From a virus (Duplodnaviria; Caudoviricetes), in IMG/VR virus record IMGVR_UViG_3300012232_000010, positions 1 to 64,000 of that record: 64,000 nucleotides of DNA. The stretch is one strand, 5' to 3'. Shown here piece after piece: positions 56,433-64,000 of the stretch. A program made the translations under genes and the position numbers. The stretch's first letter is position 1. Each line of letters begins with the position of its first letter. The notes below the pieces were generated by a model. It did not search any database, was not told the DNA's origin, and saw only the letters and a list, made by a program, of their open reading frames with translations.

Positions 56433-56761
56433 AGGACTATTCTTCTAGTTAGTGGTTTCTTAACTTGTTCTGCAATAATCTTTTTCTCAATATTAATCTT
56501 ATGTTCAACGGCTGCATTATTTTTTATGTGACCATTGCACATTGCAAAGAATGTTTCGGGACCAATTAATTCTATACCATATGCACGGGCCTTTTTCGCC
56601 TTGGTCGAAGTGCTATTCATATCCATTATGACCAGTATAGTTGTTGTGTTAGTTATAGATTTCGAGACAGACGCTCCAGCCTTAATAGCCATAGCTTCCA
56701 TTTCGTTTCGGGTGATTGGACCCTTTCCAGTAAAACAAAATGTCATATTCTTGTTTAGCAT
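56429..56761 (-). CDS. Stand-alone BRCT domain protein
   Basis: FCFTG....R.EME......GA.V.KSI...T..LV.....S.K.KKA...GI.LI. Confidence 0.85.
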   Translation of the reverse strand: MLNKNMTFCFTGKGPITRNEMEAMAIKAGASVSKSITNTTTILVIMDMNSTSTKAKKARAYGIELIGPETFFAMCNGHIKNNAAVEHKINIEKKIIAEQVKKPLTRRIVL

Positions 56762-56770
56762 CGTTTAATC

Positions 56771-56983
56771 CTAATTAACCACTTTAGCATTTTTTATTAC
56801 TTTTACCTTTGTATCTAATGATACCTTGGACGGTCTTCCTTTTTCCAAATCAACAAGAATCACTTTATTATTCTCATCTAAGTCACTAAGGATATAGTAT
56901 CTATCTTCATAGAGAACACAAGTGCCGAGTGTTATGCTACCAATACGTGTCAATTCATTAATATTATCAATTTCAATTTTCAT
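56771..56983 (-). CDS. Hypothetical small beta protein
   Basis: Resembles 58870-59130. Confidence 0.5.
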   Translation of the reverse strand: MKIEIDNINELTRIGSITLGTCVLYEDRYYILSDLDENNKVILVDLEKGRPSKVSLDTKVKVIKNAKVVN

Positions 56984-56993
56984 TTTGGAATCC

Positions 56994-57974
56994 TTATATC
57001 AAGAGAAACTCACAATGTTTCCTAAAATCGTCTATATTTTTGAAGCCCGCATACGATATGCCAGACCGCAAAGCACCATTGTATCTAGCTAATAGATTTT
57101 CTACCGACTCACCCAAATCCAATAGGTTAGTCTTTCCTTCTGGGCAATCATTATTTACTTTGCCCAACCATTGTTCTTGGACGGAACGACTAGCCATCCC
57201 CTTGTATACCTTTTTCTTAATGCCGCCAACGTCAATTACTTCAGCGGCGCTTTCTGGGCATCTTGCAAAGATAGAACCGGCCATGACAGATGAAGCGCCA
57301 GCCCCGATAGCCTTAGTGAAATCCGCTGGCTCTCTTATTGATCCGTCACTTATTATTGGAATATTGTATTCCCTAGAATTAAGTTTACAATCGTACACGG
57401 CACTAAATTGATTCTTCGTACAACCCGCCGTATTCGCCGTTATACAGGCACTACCACCACCTATACCAACCTTAATAGCATCAACCCATCCCCTGAACAT
57501 TGGGAACATTTCTGGATTAATCGTGTTACCAGCAACAACCCGAACGGTAGGATACATATCCTTTATCGTCCTGCACATCTTTAAAACTTGCTTACTAAAT
57601 CCATGAGCAACATCGACAAATATACAATTAGCCCCACCTTTATTTATCAGGCTTTCTACTAGAAGATAGTCATTAGTTTTTATACCTATAGACACTGCTG
57701 TTACTGGACACCTATCTGATATTTTCTTTGTTTCTTTAATATAATCGAAATCATACCGAAACGCTCTATGTAAAACCCCAAGCGCTCCTAGCTCATAAAG
57801 CTTAACACAGAAATCCGCATTGACTACGCTGGACATATTTGCGGCTATAAGAGGGATTGGTCTAAATATTCCCTTTATAATTTCGCTTTCTGTAACAACG
57901 TCAGACCTACTTATGCAGACATTTTCCTTCTGCTTTATTGCAACTTGATTGAATCTATATGACTGTTCAAACAT
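56994..57974 (-). CDS. IMP dehydrogenase / GMP reductase family protein (no CBS domains)
   Basis: P.IAANM, DVAHG, AGN, KVGIGGGSACIT (catalytic Cys), DGSI, MAGS, YKGMAS, PEG. Confidence 0.9.
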   Translation of the reverse strand: MFEQSYRFNQVAIKQKENVCISRSDVVTESEIIKGIFRPIPLIAANMSSVVNADFCVKLYELGALGVLHRAFRYDFDYIKETKKISDRCPVTAVSIGIKTNDYLLVESLINKGGANCIFVDVAHGFSKQVLKMCRTIKDMYPTVRVVAGNTINPEMFPMFRGWVDAIKVGIGGGSACITANTAGCTKNQFSAVYDCKLNSREYNIPIISDGSIREPADFTKAIGAGASSVMAGSIFARCPESAAEVIDVGGIKKKVYKGMASRSVQEQWLGKVNNDCPEGKTNLLDLGESVENLLARYNGALRSGISYAGFKNIDDFRKHCEFLLI

Positions 57975-58248
57975 TTTTAGTATCTCTCAAAACGTGGAAC
58001 ATGAATGGAATTCCGTATTTATTTACATCTATCATTATGAAGTTTATATTTAGGAATTCGGGAAAAGACAAGTATCTGATACTCTTGTATTTTTTCCAGT
58101 CGCTACCCATATATTTTTTACGATTATAGAATACAAAAGTTTTTTTGATTAGCCAGTCATTATTCCCCCATATAAGTAAAGAACTTTTATGAGACCCTAT
58201 TCGGTCTCTTATAAATTCTATTGACCAATTTCTAATTTCCAGAATCAT
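57967..58248 (-). CDS. Hypothetical protein
   Basis: Coupled ORF. Confidence 0.4.
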   Translation of the reverse strand: MILEIRNWSIEFIRDRIGSHKSSLLIWGNNDWLIKKTFVFYNRKKYMGSDWKKYKSIRYLSFPEFLNINFIMIDVNKYGIPFMFHVLRDTKNV

Positions 58249-58658
58249 CTGTATCCCTTAATGTGGAGTCTTTGCTTATTTCCGGCCAGTTTTTCCCTAC
58301 TAACTATACGCCCCCTAGCCTCTTGTTGTTCTTTTATTGTGTGATATGCATAATTTCCTTTAAGGTTATTCAACCACGCTTTATTATATCTGCTGCTATC
58401 GTAACTAGAAATTATAGCTGTATAGTTTCCATTTTCTGTTTTAACAAATCCTAAATCGTTACTGGCGCTCCCAACAAATTCTCTTCTTATAATGATATGT
58501 GCTTTGTCGGCTCTAACATCTCCCTGATACCCTATTAGGTTTTTTGGGTCGGTATGGACTTCTATTTGATTCTTAGTCCAATTTCCAGTTTCCATCAAGG
58601 CCGCTATTAACGCACTTTGATTTTTGAACTCTGTTTGAACATTACAATAACTAGACAT
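58245..58658 (-). CDS. DUF1257 (Ycf35-like) protein
   Basis: MS....V.TE.K....L..AL, L.GYQGD.R...A.IIIRR..VG.ASND.GF....G.Y..IIS.YD, YA. Confidence 0.75.
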   Translation of the reverse strand: MSSYCNVQTEFKNQSALIAALMETGNWTKNQIEVHTDPKNLIGYQGDVRADKAHIIIRREFVGSASNDLGFVKTENGNYTAIISSYDSSRYNKAWLNNLKGNYAYHTIKEQQEARGRIVSREKLAGNKQRLHIKGYR

Positions 58659-58852
58659 TAAAGTTTTCTCCAATCGCATTCCTTAGCAAAGAATCCATCT
58701 TCTATCAAGACCACTTGATTTTCTGGGAAAAGTCTATTGTATTCTTTCACAAACTCATAGATATTCATACCATCAAAATAAAGTCTTATATTTTTCAACA
58801 AAATATCCTTTGGTATATCTTGAGTTTTTGGTAATTTGTAATCGTTAAACAT
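58658..58852 (-). CDS. Hypothetical protein
   Basis: EFVKEYNRLF...DGFF; similar to 60332-60484. Confidence 0.5.
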   Translation of the reverse strand: MFNDYKLPKTQDIPKDILLKNIRLYFDGMNIYEFVKEYNRLFPENQVVLIEDGFFAKECDWRKL

Positions 58853-58869
58853 TAATTACTAATTCTCCA

Positions 58870-59130
58870 TTACATATCTGTTGCTGTTAAATCAAGCGGC
58901 TCGACCATAGATTCATTATCTGTTCCGCACTCTTCACCAGAATTTAATCTGACAAATCTTACGGGCCATGCATCTTTACAATCTGTTAGACAAAATCTTC
59001 CATCAGTCCTCATGCAAATCCAAGAAGTTTCCGGGCTAGAATCTTTACATGGCCAATATTTAAAACAATCTCCCGGCCTAGTTGATCCTGCCGCTATAAG
59101 TCTTGGTTTATTCCTTAAATTTGTTTTCAT
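58870..59130 (-). CDS. Hypothetical small beta protein
   Basis: GGAG RBS; resembles 56771-56983. Confidence 0.5.
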   Translation of the reverse strand: MKTNLRNKPRLIAAGSTRPGDCFKYWPCKDSSPETSWICMRTDGRFCLTDCKDAWPVRFVRLNSGEECGTDNESMVEPLDLTATDM

Positions 59131-59138
59131 TTATTCTC

Positions 59139-59339
59139 CTACCAAGAAATTGAAACTAAGACTCTTTCATCCTTTTTTTCTGCCCCATTAGCCAATAACC
59201 ACTCTACTGTTTTGGGAAGATATTCTCCATCTAGCCACACACATCTATAAGAATCGTTTGGCTGTTCATCGCACACTTCATCATGAACTTCTCTAGGCAT
59301 ATCCAACCAATTAAAGACCTTCATAGTCTTGTATTTCAT
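59139..59339 (-). CDS. Hypothetical protein
   Basis: NDSY, WL..NGA, V...SW. Confidence 0.5.
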   Translation of the reverse strand: MKYKTMKVFNWLDMPREVHDEVCDEQPNDSYRCVWLDGEYLPKTVEWLLANGAEKKDERVLVSISW

Positions 59340-60322
59340 ATAACTACCTTCCTCTTCAAACCCTTAATGAATTGACTAGTCTGTTCATTTTCCATAGATG
59401 CTGCTTTTCTAATACCGTTAGTTGCGCTTAGGATGGCGCTTTGCAATGCTGGACTTTCAAGTGTTTTCCCATTGAATTCTGCATCCAAGAATTGCTCCCT
59501 AAATTCATTCAACATCTTTTCTAGATCGGAATCTCCGAATACATTAAGCATCTTGAACTTATCTATGTACTTACGGAATGACGTTAAGGTTTTCGGTGAA
59601 AGCTTCTTACCCTCTTCCTCATCAGCAAATGGCGTACCATTGATTCGACACTTTACCAAGTCGCAGAATTTGATAACTTCTTCACGCATAGAACCCACGT
59701 ATTGTTCTACGAATGATCCGACTTCCTTTTGCATCTTTTCCTTCATCTGTCTAGATTTCTCTAGCTTAGCTTCATTTTCTTCAATAATATGTGACACAGA
59801 CACCCCCTGAAGACTATTCAATCCAGCGATTCTGAACAAATGCCAATCGAAGTAGAAGCGGGACCGCAAAGATTCTGCTGTGGGAGGGTAGAATCGTTTT
59901 AGACACTTTTCAAAGAATTCTGGATGACGCTGCTTAACCTCATCCTTAAGATCATTAAATCTAACAATGAACGAGTCAACAACATCAAAGAACTCTTTTC
60001 TGAATTGCTTCAAATTATGTTCTAGGTCTGGCACTATTTTAAGTGGCACAAAGAATGAATTGGCTATCCCGAATGGGACCGAAAATTGCGAAAGATAATA
60101 TCTTGCTCTTTGCTCTATTTTGGAGATAGCTTGAATTTCACTTTTTGATACCAAAAGCTTCCTGCCAAGATTTACTAGTTCATCAGGAAGTGCTTTTGTA
60201 TCAATTCCTAGACTTTCACAATCTTCCCGCGAAACCATGCGCCTACCAGACCATGAGCCGATTGATAGGGACACTAGACAACCAACATCAAAAAGGTTTA
60301 ATGTTTCATTTGTTTGAGTCAT
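59336..60322 (-). CDS. DUF3150-like protein
   Basis: L.I..WSGRR.....D, LP.ELV.LG.K.L, R....L...S.PF, YP....LR.RF.F.W. Confidence 0.65.
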   Translation of the reverse strand: MTQTNETLNLFDVGCLVSLSIGSWSGRRMVSREDCESLGIDTKALPDELVNLGRKLLVSKSEIQAISKIEQRARYYLSQFSVPFGIANSFFVPLKIVPDLEHNLKQFRKEFFDVVDSFIVRFNDLKDEVKQRHPEFFEKCLKRFYPPTAESLRSRFYFDWHLFRIAGLNSLQGVSVSHIIEENEAKLEKSRQMKEKMQKEVGSFVEQYVGSMREEVIKFCDLVKCRINGTPFADEEEGKKLSPKTLTSFRKYIDKFKMLNVFGDSDLEKMLNEFREQFLDAEFNGKTLESPALQSAILSATNGIRKAASMENEQTSQFIKGLKRKVVI

Positions 60323-60331
60323 ATTTGATTC

Positions 60332-60484
60332 CTAATCTAAGAAAGAAAAATAACCATCACCTATATATTGGATTTCTCTATCACCATCATAAATTCTATT
60401 ATACTCTTCTACTAATTCTTCTGGCTCTAAGTGCATATAAGCTTGCGCTATCATTTCAACAACATCACTATAATCTAGGCTCAT
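60332..60484 (-). CDS. 50-aa hypothetical protein (not in ORF track)
   Basis: MSLDYSDVVEMIAQAYMHLEPEELVEEYNRIYDGDREIQYIGDGYFSFLD; ATGA overlap with the AAA stop. Confidence 0.55.
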   Translation of the reverse strand: MSLDYSDVVEMIAQAYMHLEPEELVEEYNRIYDGDREIQYIGDGYFSFLD

Positions 60485-62025
60485 ACAGAAACCTTTCTAC
60501 CCTTCTTTTCTACGACTTCTTCTGGCTTGCTGTTCGCCAATTTTGCATGAGATGCACCCCATTCCCTCATAGCCTTAATCTTTTCAGGCTCTACTTTAGA
60601 TATAGGTACTACTGACGGCGCAGCCATTTCCAAGTGGCTCTGATCCAATTCTTCATTCATACAGAAAGCGATTTTAAGTCCAGTCTTAACAATTTGTTCT
60701 ATCTCTGATCCGGAATAATCCTTAGTCATCTCAACCATCTTATTCAGATCGAATTTATTCGGGTTTCTTCCTCTTTGAGCCAAATGAATATTTACTATAG
60801 CCTTTCTTTCTGAATCATTAGGAAGGTCTAGAAAGAATATAGAATCAAATCTTCCCGGTCTCAAAAACTCTGGCGGCAACCGATGAATGGTATTGGCAGT
60901 GGCTATGACATAGACTACGCTAGTTCTATCGCTAAGCCATTTAAGCACAGTTCCAAGAACTCTCAATGAAGCCCCACCATCCAATGAATCCCCAAACCCC
61001 TTCTCTATTTCATCCAATTGAAGTACACACGGAGACACACTCTCAATAATCTTGAAAGCTTGTCTTGTATTTTGTTCCGAAGAACCAACCAAAGACCCCA
61101 TAAGAGACCCAATATCCATAGATATTAGGGGAAGATTAAGCTCGGACGCAACACACAGACTTATTCTGGTCTTGCCACAACCCGGAATTCCAACCTGCAA
61201 GATACCTTTGGGACTTTCTATGCCGAAATCTCTTGCTTTATCCGAAAAGCATGGTTTGTCTAATAGGATAGTTCTTTTAAGAACTTCATAACCACCAATA
61301 TTATTCAACCCACCGGCTGGTGGTTCTATATAGGTGAGAAGACCAGACGCTCTAATAACTGCTGCTTTTTCTCTTAGAATAGTCTTAATAGCTTCGTGAT
61401 CTATAGTTTTGTGCTTTCTTACGGCCAAAGAAACTCTATCTACGATTTCGCATGAAGTCATACCTTGACAGGCGCGAATAGTATCATCCATGATTTCTGG
61501 ATTTATTTCGAATGGTTTACCGTCTTTGGTCTCGACACTTTCTCCCACAAATAAGATATTGTTTTTGATTTGTTCTTTGCTTGGAAGAGAAAAGTCTAGC
61601 GTTGTTATATCGTGTCTTAACGACGTTGGGATTTCAAACTCTGCCCCCAAAAAGATAATGGTTTTCCCTTTGTGACTCAAGTGATTTTTAGACTCACTTA
61701 TTTGAGAGATAACCGTATCGAATTGATTATAACAATCTTTATTAACATAAGGCCAGAATTCTTTTACTACACAAACAATATTTTCTGGCATATTAAGAAT
61801 TGTACCAATAACCATCTCTGGTAGACATGGGCCAATACCCTCTATTTTTGATCCGTCTACAGTAGACCATCCTGACGATACGGACCAAACTAGGGTTTGT
61901 TTGTTTATTTCTTTGCAGTGCTTCTCTATCTCTTCTGCCGCTCTTTCTTTCTCGAAAGTTGAGACATAGAGAAGTGCGTGACCGCTAAGGATATAGTCTT
62001 GTAGATCAGTTTTAAAGTTGCTCAT
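60481..62025 (-). CDS. Ycf46-like AAA+ ATPase (degenerate N-terminal module plus active AAA)
   Basis: EK...I..SGLL, IGG...LK, PKGIL.VGIPGCGKT, G.SE, LDEIEKG, ATAN....LPPEFLRPGRFD.IFFLDLP. Confidence 0.9.
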   Translation of the reverse strand: MSNFKTDLQDYILSGHALLYVSTFEKERAAEEIEKHCKEINKQTLVWSVSSGWSTVDGSKIEGIGPCLPEMVIGTILNMPENIVCVVKEFWPYVNKDCYNQFDTVISQISESKNHLSHKGKTIIFLGAEFEIPTSLRHDITTLDFSLPSKEQIKNNILFVGESVETKDGKPFEINPEIMDDTIRACQGMTSCEIVDRVSLAVRKHKTIDHEAIKTILREKAAVIRASGLLTYIEPPAGGLNNIGGYEVLKRTILLDKPCFSDKARDFGIESPKGILQVGIPGCGKTRISLCVASELNLPLISMDIGSLMGSLVGSSEQNTRQAFKIIESVSPCVLQLDEIEKGFGDSLDGGASLRVLGTVLKWLSDRTSVVYVIATANTIHRLPPEFLRPGRFDSIFFLDLPNDSERKAIVNIHLAQRGRNPNKFDLNKMVEMTKDYSGSEIEQIVKTGLKIAFCMNEELDQSHLEMAAPSVVPISKVEPEKIKAMREWGASHAKLANSKPEEVVEKKGRKVSV

Positions 62026-62034
62026 AATAATCCT

Positions 62035-62301
62035 TTATAACATATCTGTTGGAGGATAATTGTCGTCTTCACCACCCTCTAGAAGTTTTCTCATTTGGAA
62101 GTTTTCATTTATTAATGAAGTAATATCATGTTTATAATTTTCTATGAGAATTCTTATATGTTGAAGCAAAACTTCTTCTTCACTTTCATGCTTTGCAGAT
62201 TTCGCCCTAGTTATTGGCGAGTCTGGTTCGCAATCAAGTTTATCAAGAATTTCTCTTAGTTCACGAAGCAACTGTTCCCTCTGCATAGTTTTCGTTCCCA
62301 T
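62035..62301 (-). CDS. Hypothetical coiled-coil protein
   Basis: Coupled ORF. Confidence 0.5.
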   Translation of the reverse strand: MGTKTMQREQLLRELREILDKLDCEPDSPITRAKSAKHESEEEVLLQHIRILIENYKHDITSLINENFQMRKLLEGGEDDNYPPTDML

Positions 62302-62494
62302 ATAGTATATTCCCTGCCTCTGAAATATCTCGTCCCATTCTTCTTAGAATCGAAGCGGCCTTTCTTTGGTTTCCAGTATGCTTCAATTGGTTAGCCATCG
62401 GGCCAGCCAGACCCTTGTTGCAAGTTAGAATAAACTTACCATTAACCTCATCTATTTCGATTGAAAATGCCGGTTCGCGTTCTTGTGCTTCCAT
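62261..62494 (-). CDS. Hypothetical protein
   Basis: Coupled ORF. Confidence 0.45.
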   Translation of the reverse strand: MEAQEREPAFSIEIDEVNGKFILTCNKGLAGPMANQLKHTGNQRKAASILRRMGRDISEAGNILYGNENYAEGTVAS

Positions 62495-62505
62495 AAGATT
62501 TCCTT

Positions 62506-62661
62506 TCATTTAACCCATTCCATATCTCTACCACACTCTGGACAGATTGGATATCCAGAATCTAACAAAAATATTATATCTTGTTTAGACCTTAATTCTA
62601 TTACTGTGTTTCCACAACCACAGTCGCACGTATTTTTGAACTCTAAAGTTATTCTAGTCAT
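62506..62661 (-). CDS. 51-aa zinc-ribbon protein (not in ORF track)
   Basis: MTRITLEFKNTCDCGCGN...GYPICPECGRDMEWVK. Confidence 0.55.
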   Translation of the reverse strand: MTRITLEFKNTCDCGCGNTVIELRSKQDIIFLLDSGYPICPECGRDMEWVK

Positions 62662-63049
62662 GATCATAACTATCCGAACTTATTTTCCCATCTCTAGTAA
62701 CAGTTATTCTAGAGTGATCGCCGAACATTTCCTTGAAATCTTCACTGTCAAATTTTTGAAGAACAGCACAAACTTTCTTCTTTAGATTATTCAATGGATT
62801 TTCACCATAAATTTCGTACCCATCCTCTTCATTAATATCTGGATCATAAATATGGGCGCTGAAAGTGCATTCATCCCCATCATTGAAATAAGGAGTGTAC
62901 TGACGCCATCCGAAACTATTAAGTGTTGGGTTTTCTTCGAAAAGTGCTTTTGTGCATTCGGAAAAAGCATCCTTCATAACCGCTCTTGCTTCATTCTTGA
63001 TTACCTCTGCCTTAGACTTTGCTGCTTCAAACTTTTCCATTGCGTTCAT
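62654..63049 (-). CDS. Hypothetical phage protein
   Basis: WRQYTPYFNDGDECTF, FGDH.....RDG.....YDHD. Confidence 0.65.
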   Translation of the reverse strand: MNAMEKFEAAKSKAEVIKNEARAVMKDAFSECTKALFEENPTLNSFGWRQYTPYFNDGDECTFSAHIYDPDINEEDGYEIYGENPLNNLKKKVCAVLQKFDSEDFKEMFGDHSRITVTRDGKISSDSYDHD

Positions 63050-63062
63050 ACAATTTCCTTTC

Positions 63063-63542
63063 TTAATCAATTATTCTTGGTCTATTATCATCAAACGGTT
63101 TGTCAAACGGATATGGATTTGGTAGCACAGTTGGGGGATTGGGTACTGGTGCCGGAAATTCAAATTTTTGAACTTCTTTTTCATATAATTTCTTTGACGA
63201 ATTGGGTAATTCACCCTTCCCATTATCCATCCATTCCTCAAAAGGAATTCCCTGAAGAAAGTCCTGCGCTGTTGGAATAAATTTCCCCCTATAGTCTTCT
63301 AAAACATGTTGTTCGCCAATATCTCTTACAGAAATCTTTTTACCATTAGAGTTTGTGATTGTGACTCCAAAGATTCTTTCTAGAATCGTGGATAGGAACC
63401 AACAGTTATGCGTCAATGCTCTATGGCGATTATCTGCAATCGCTGACTTACTGGAATCCATTAAGTTATGGATATCTATGTAATCTTCTGGTTTACCACC
63501 AAATTTCCTAGCTGACGATTCAGCATGAATCCACGGTTTCAT
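63063..63542 (-). CDS. DUF6915-like His-rich protein
   Basis: HAESSARKFGGKPEDY..IH...DSSK....DNRHRALTH, GEQHVLED. Confidence 0.7.
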   Translation of the reverse strand: MKPWIHAESSARKFGGKPEDYIDIHNLMDSSKSAIADNRHRALTHNCWFLSTILERIFGVTITNSNGKKISVRDIGEQHVLEDYRGKFIPTAQDFLQGIPFEEWMDNGKGELPNSSKKLYEKEVQKFEFPAPVPNPPTVLPNPYPFDKPFDDNRPRIID

Positions 63543-63767
63543 TTAATATCCTCCCAATTTTCTTGATCTTGCAAATCCTTTGCATTGGTCTAATTCACGA
63601 ACTAGTTTTTCAGTAACTAAGTCGAAACTTGAACCTCTTTCTTCAAAATATGTTATGAGACAATTAAGAACCTCTATACAGTTTAGAAGTTCCTCATCTG
63701 ACATACCAATTAATTGATAATACTTAGCTGCTCTGTAAAAGTTTCCCTGTTCCATAATCGACTCCAA
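63543..63767 (-). CDS. Hypothetical protein
   Basis: Coupled ORF. Confidence 0.45.
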   Translation of the reverse strand: MESIMEQGNFYRAAKYYQLIGMSDEELLNCIEVLNCLITYFEERGSSFDLVTEKLVRELDQCKGFARSRKLGGY

Positions 63768-64000
63768 ATTTCTTTAGATCGCCATAATAAATTTCAAGAC
63801 ACTTTATCAAGAGACCTTTTATTAATGGTTCGTTCGGACTATGAGGGACTACTTCAGTTGTATCGTAGAGTTCTTTTAGTTCTACTTCTTTTTCTGCGAA
63901 CCAAGTTTCCAATTCAGAAAGAGAAACATCACCCTTTCTAATAGCCCTCATTTGTCCAGATGACTGTCTCAAATCTATATCGCCAGTTGTCAATATTTGC
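63724..64000 (-). CDS. C-terminal part of a predicted nucleotidyltransferase (truncated by window edge)
   Basis: IL.TG..DL, AIRKG, E..L..LY....VP..P....I..LL helical C-terminal domain. Confidence 0.55.
   Translation of the reverse strand, partial: QILTTGDIDLRQSSGQMRAIRKGDVSLSELETWFAEKEVELKELYDTTEVVPHSPNEPLIKGLLIKCLEIYYGDLKKFGVDYGTGKLLQSS

Noticed and set aside
1-64000. Numerous short plus-strand ORFs in the track
   Set aside because: They are antisense shadows of well-supported minus-strand genes; only 50802-51335 fills a real gap
1-64000. Stop-codon reassignment, CRISPR arrays, tRNA genes, reverse transcriptase or DGR
   Set aside because: Core genes are full length in the standard code and end in all three stop codons; no repeat-spacer array, cloverleaf or RT motif was seen by eye

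Overview
64 kb from a large AT-rich (roughly one-third GC) dsDNA bacteriophage, probably a jumbo or huge phage. Genes are densely packed, translationally coupled and use the standard code; all but one (a lipoprotein at 50.8-51.3 kb) lie on the minus strand. No virion structural genes, tRNAs or CRISPR arrays were recognised. The window holds: (1) a replication/recombination block (SSB, DnaE, primase, DnaB, RecA, two Cas4-like nucleases, RNase H) in which dnaE is split, without an intein, into two genes about 13 kb apart; (2) a large soluble glycan-synthesis island between and beside the dnaE halves (GT4s, GT11s, GT2-like enzymes, Gmd, perosamine synthase-like aminotransferase, methyltransferases, sulfotransferase, LicD plus cytidylyltransferase); (3) nucleotide metabolism genes (NrdJ, dCMP deaminase, ThyX, dNMP kinase, 5'-nucleotidase, IMPDH/GMP reductase); (4) an accessory region with RNA repair enzymes, ribosome recycling factor, peptide deformylase, a lone BrxL-like ATPase, a NADAR-like gene, a histone-fold-like protein, a Phycisphaerae-type dockerin-like peptide and a dispersed Ycf46 AAA+/DUF3150/DUF1257/DUF2997 module. 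The strongest candidates for new biology are a 310-600 nt GC-rich multi-stem non-coding element at 45.2-45.85 kb, a C-terminal R-[KR]-hydrophobic tail shared by several unrelated proteins including the AAA+ ATPase, and the intein-free split DnaE. All family assignments come from motif recognition by eye, not from database searches.
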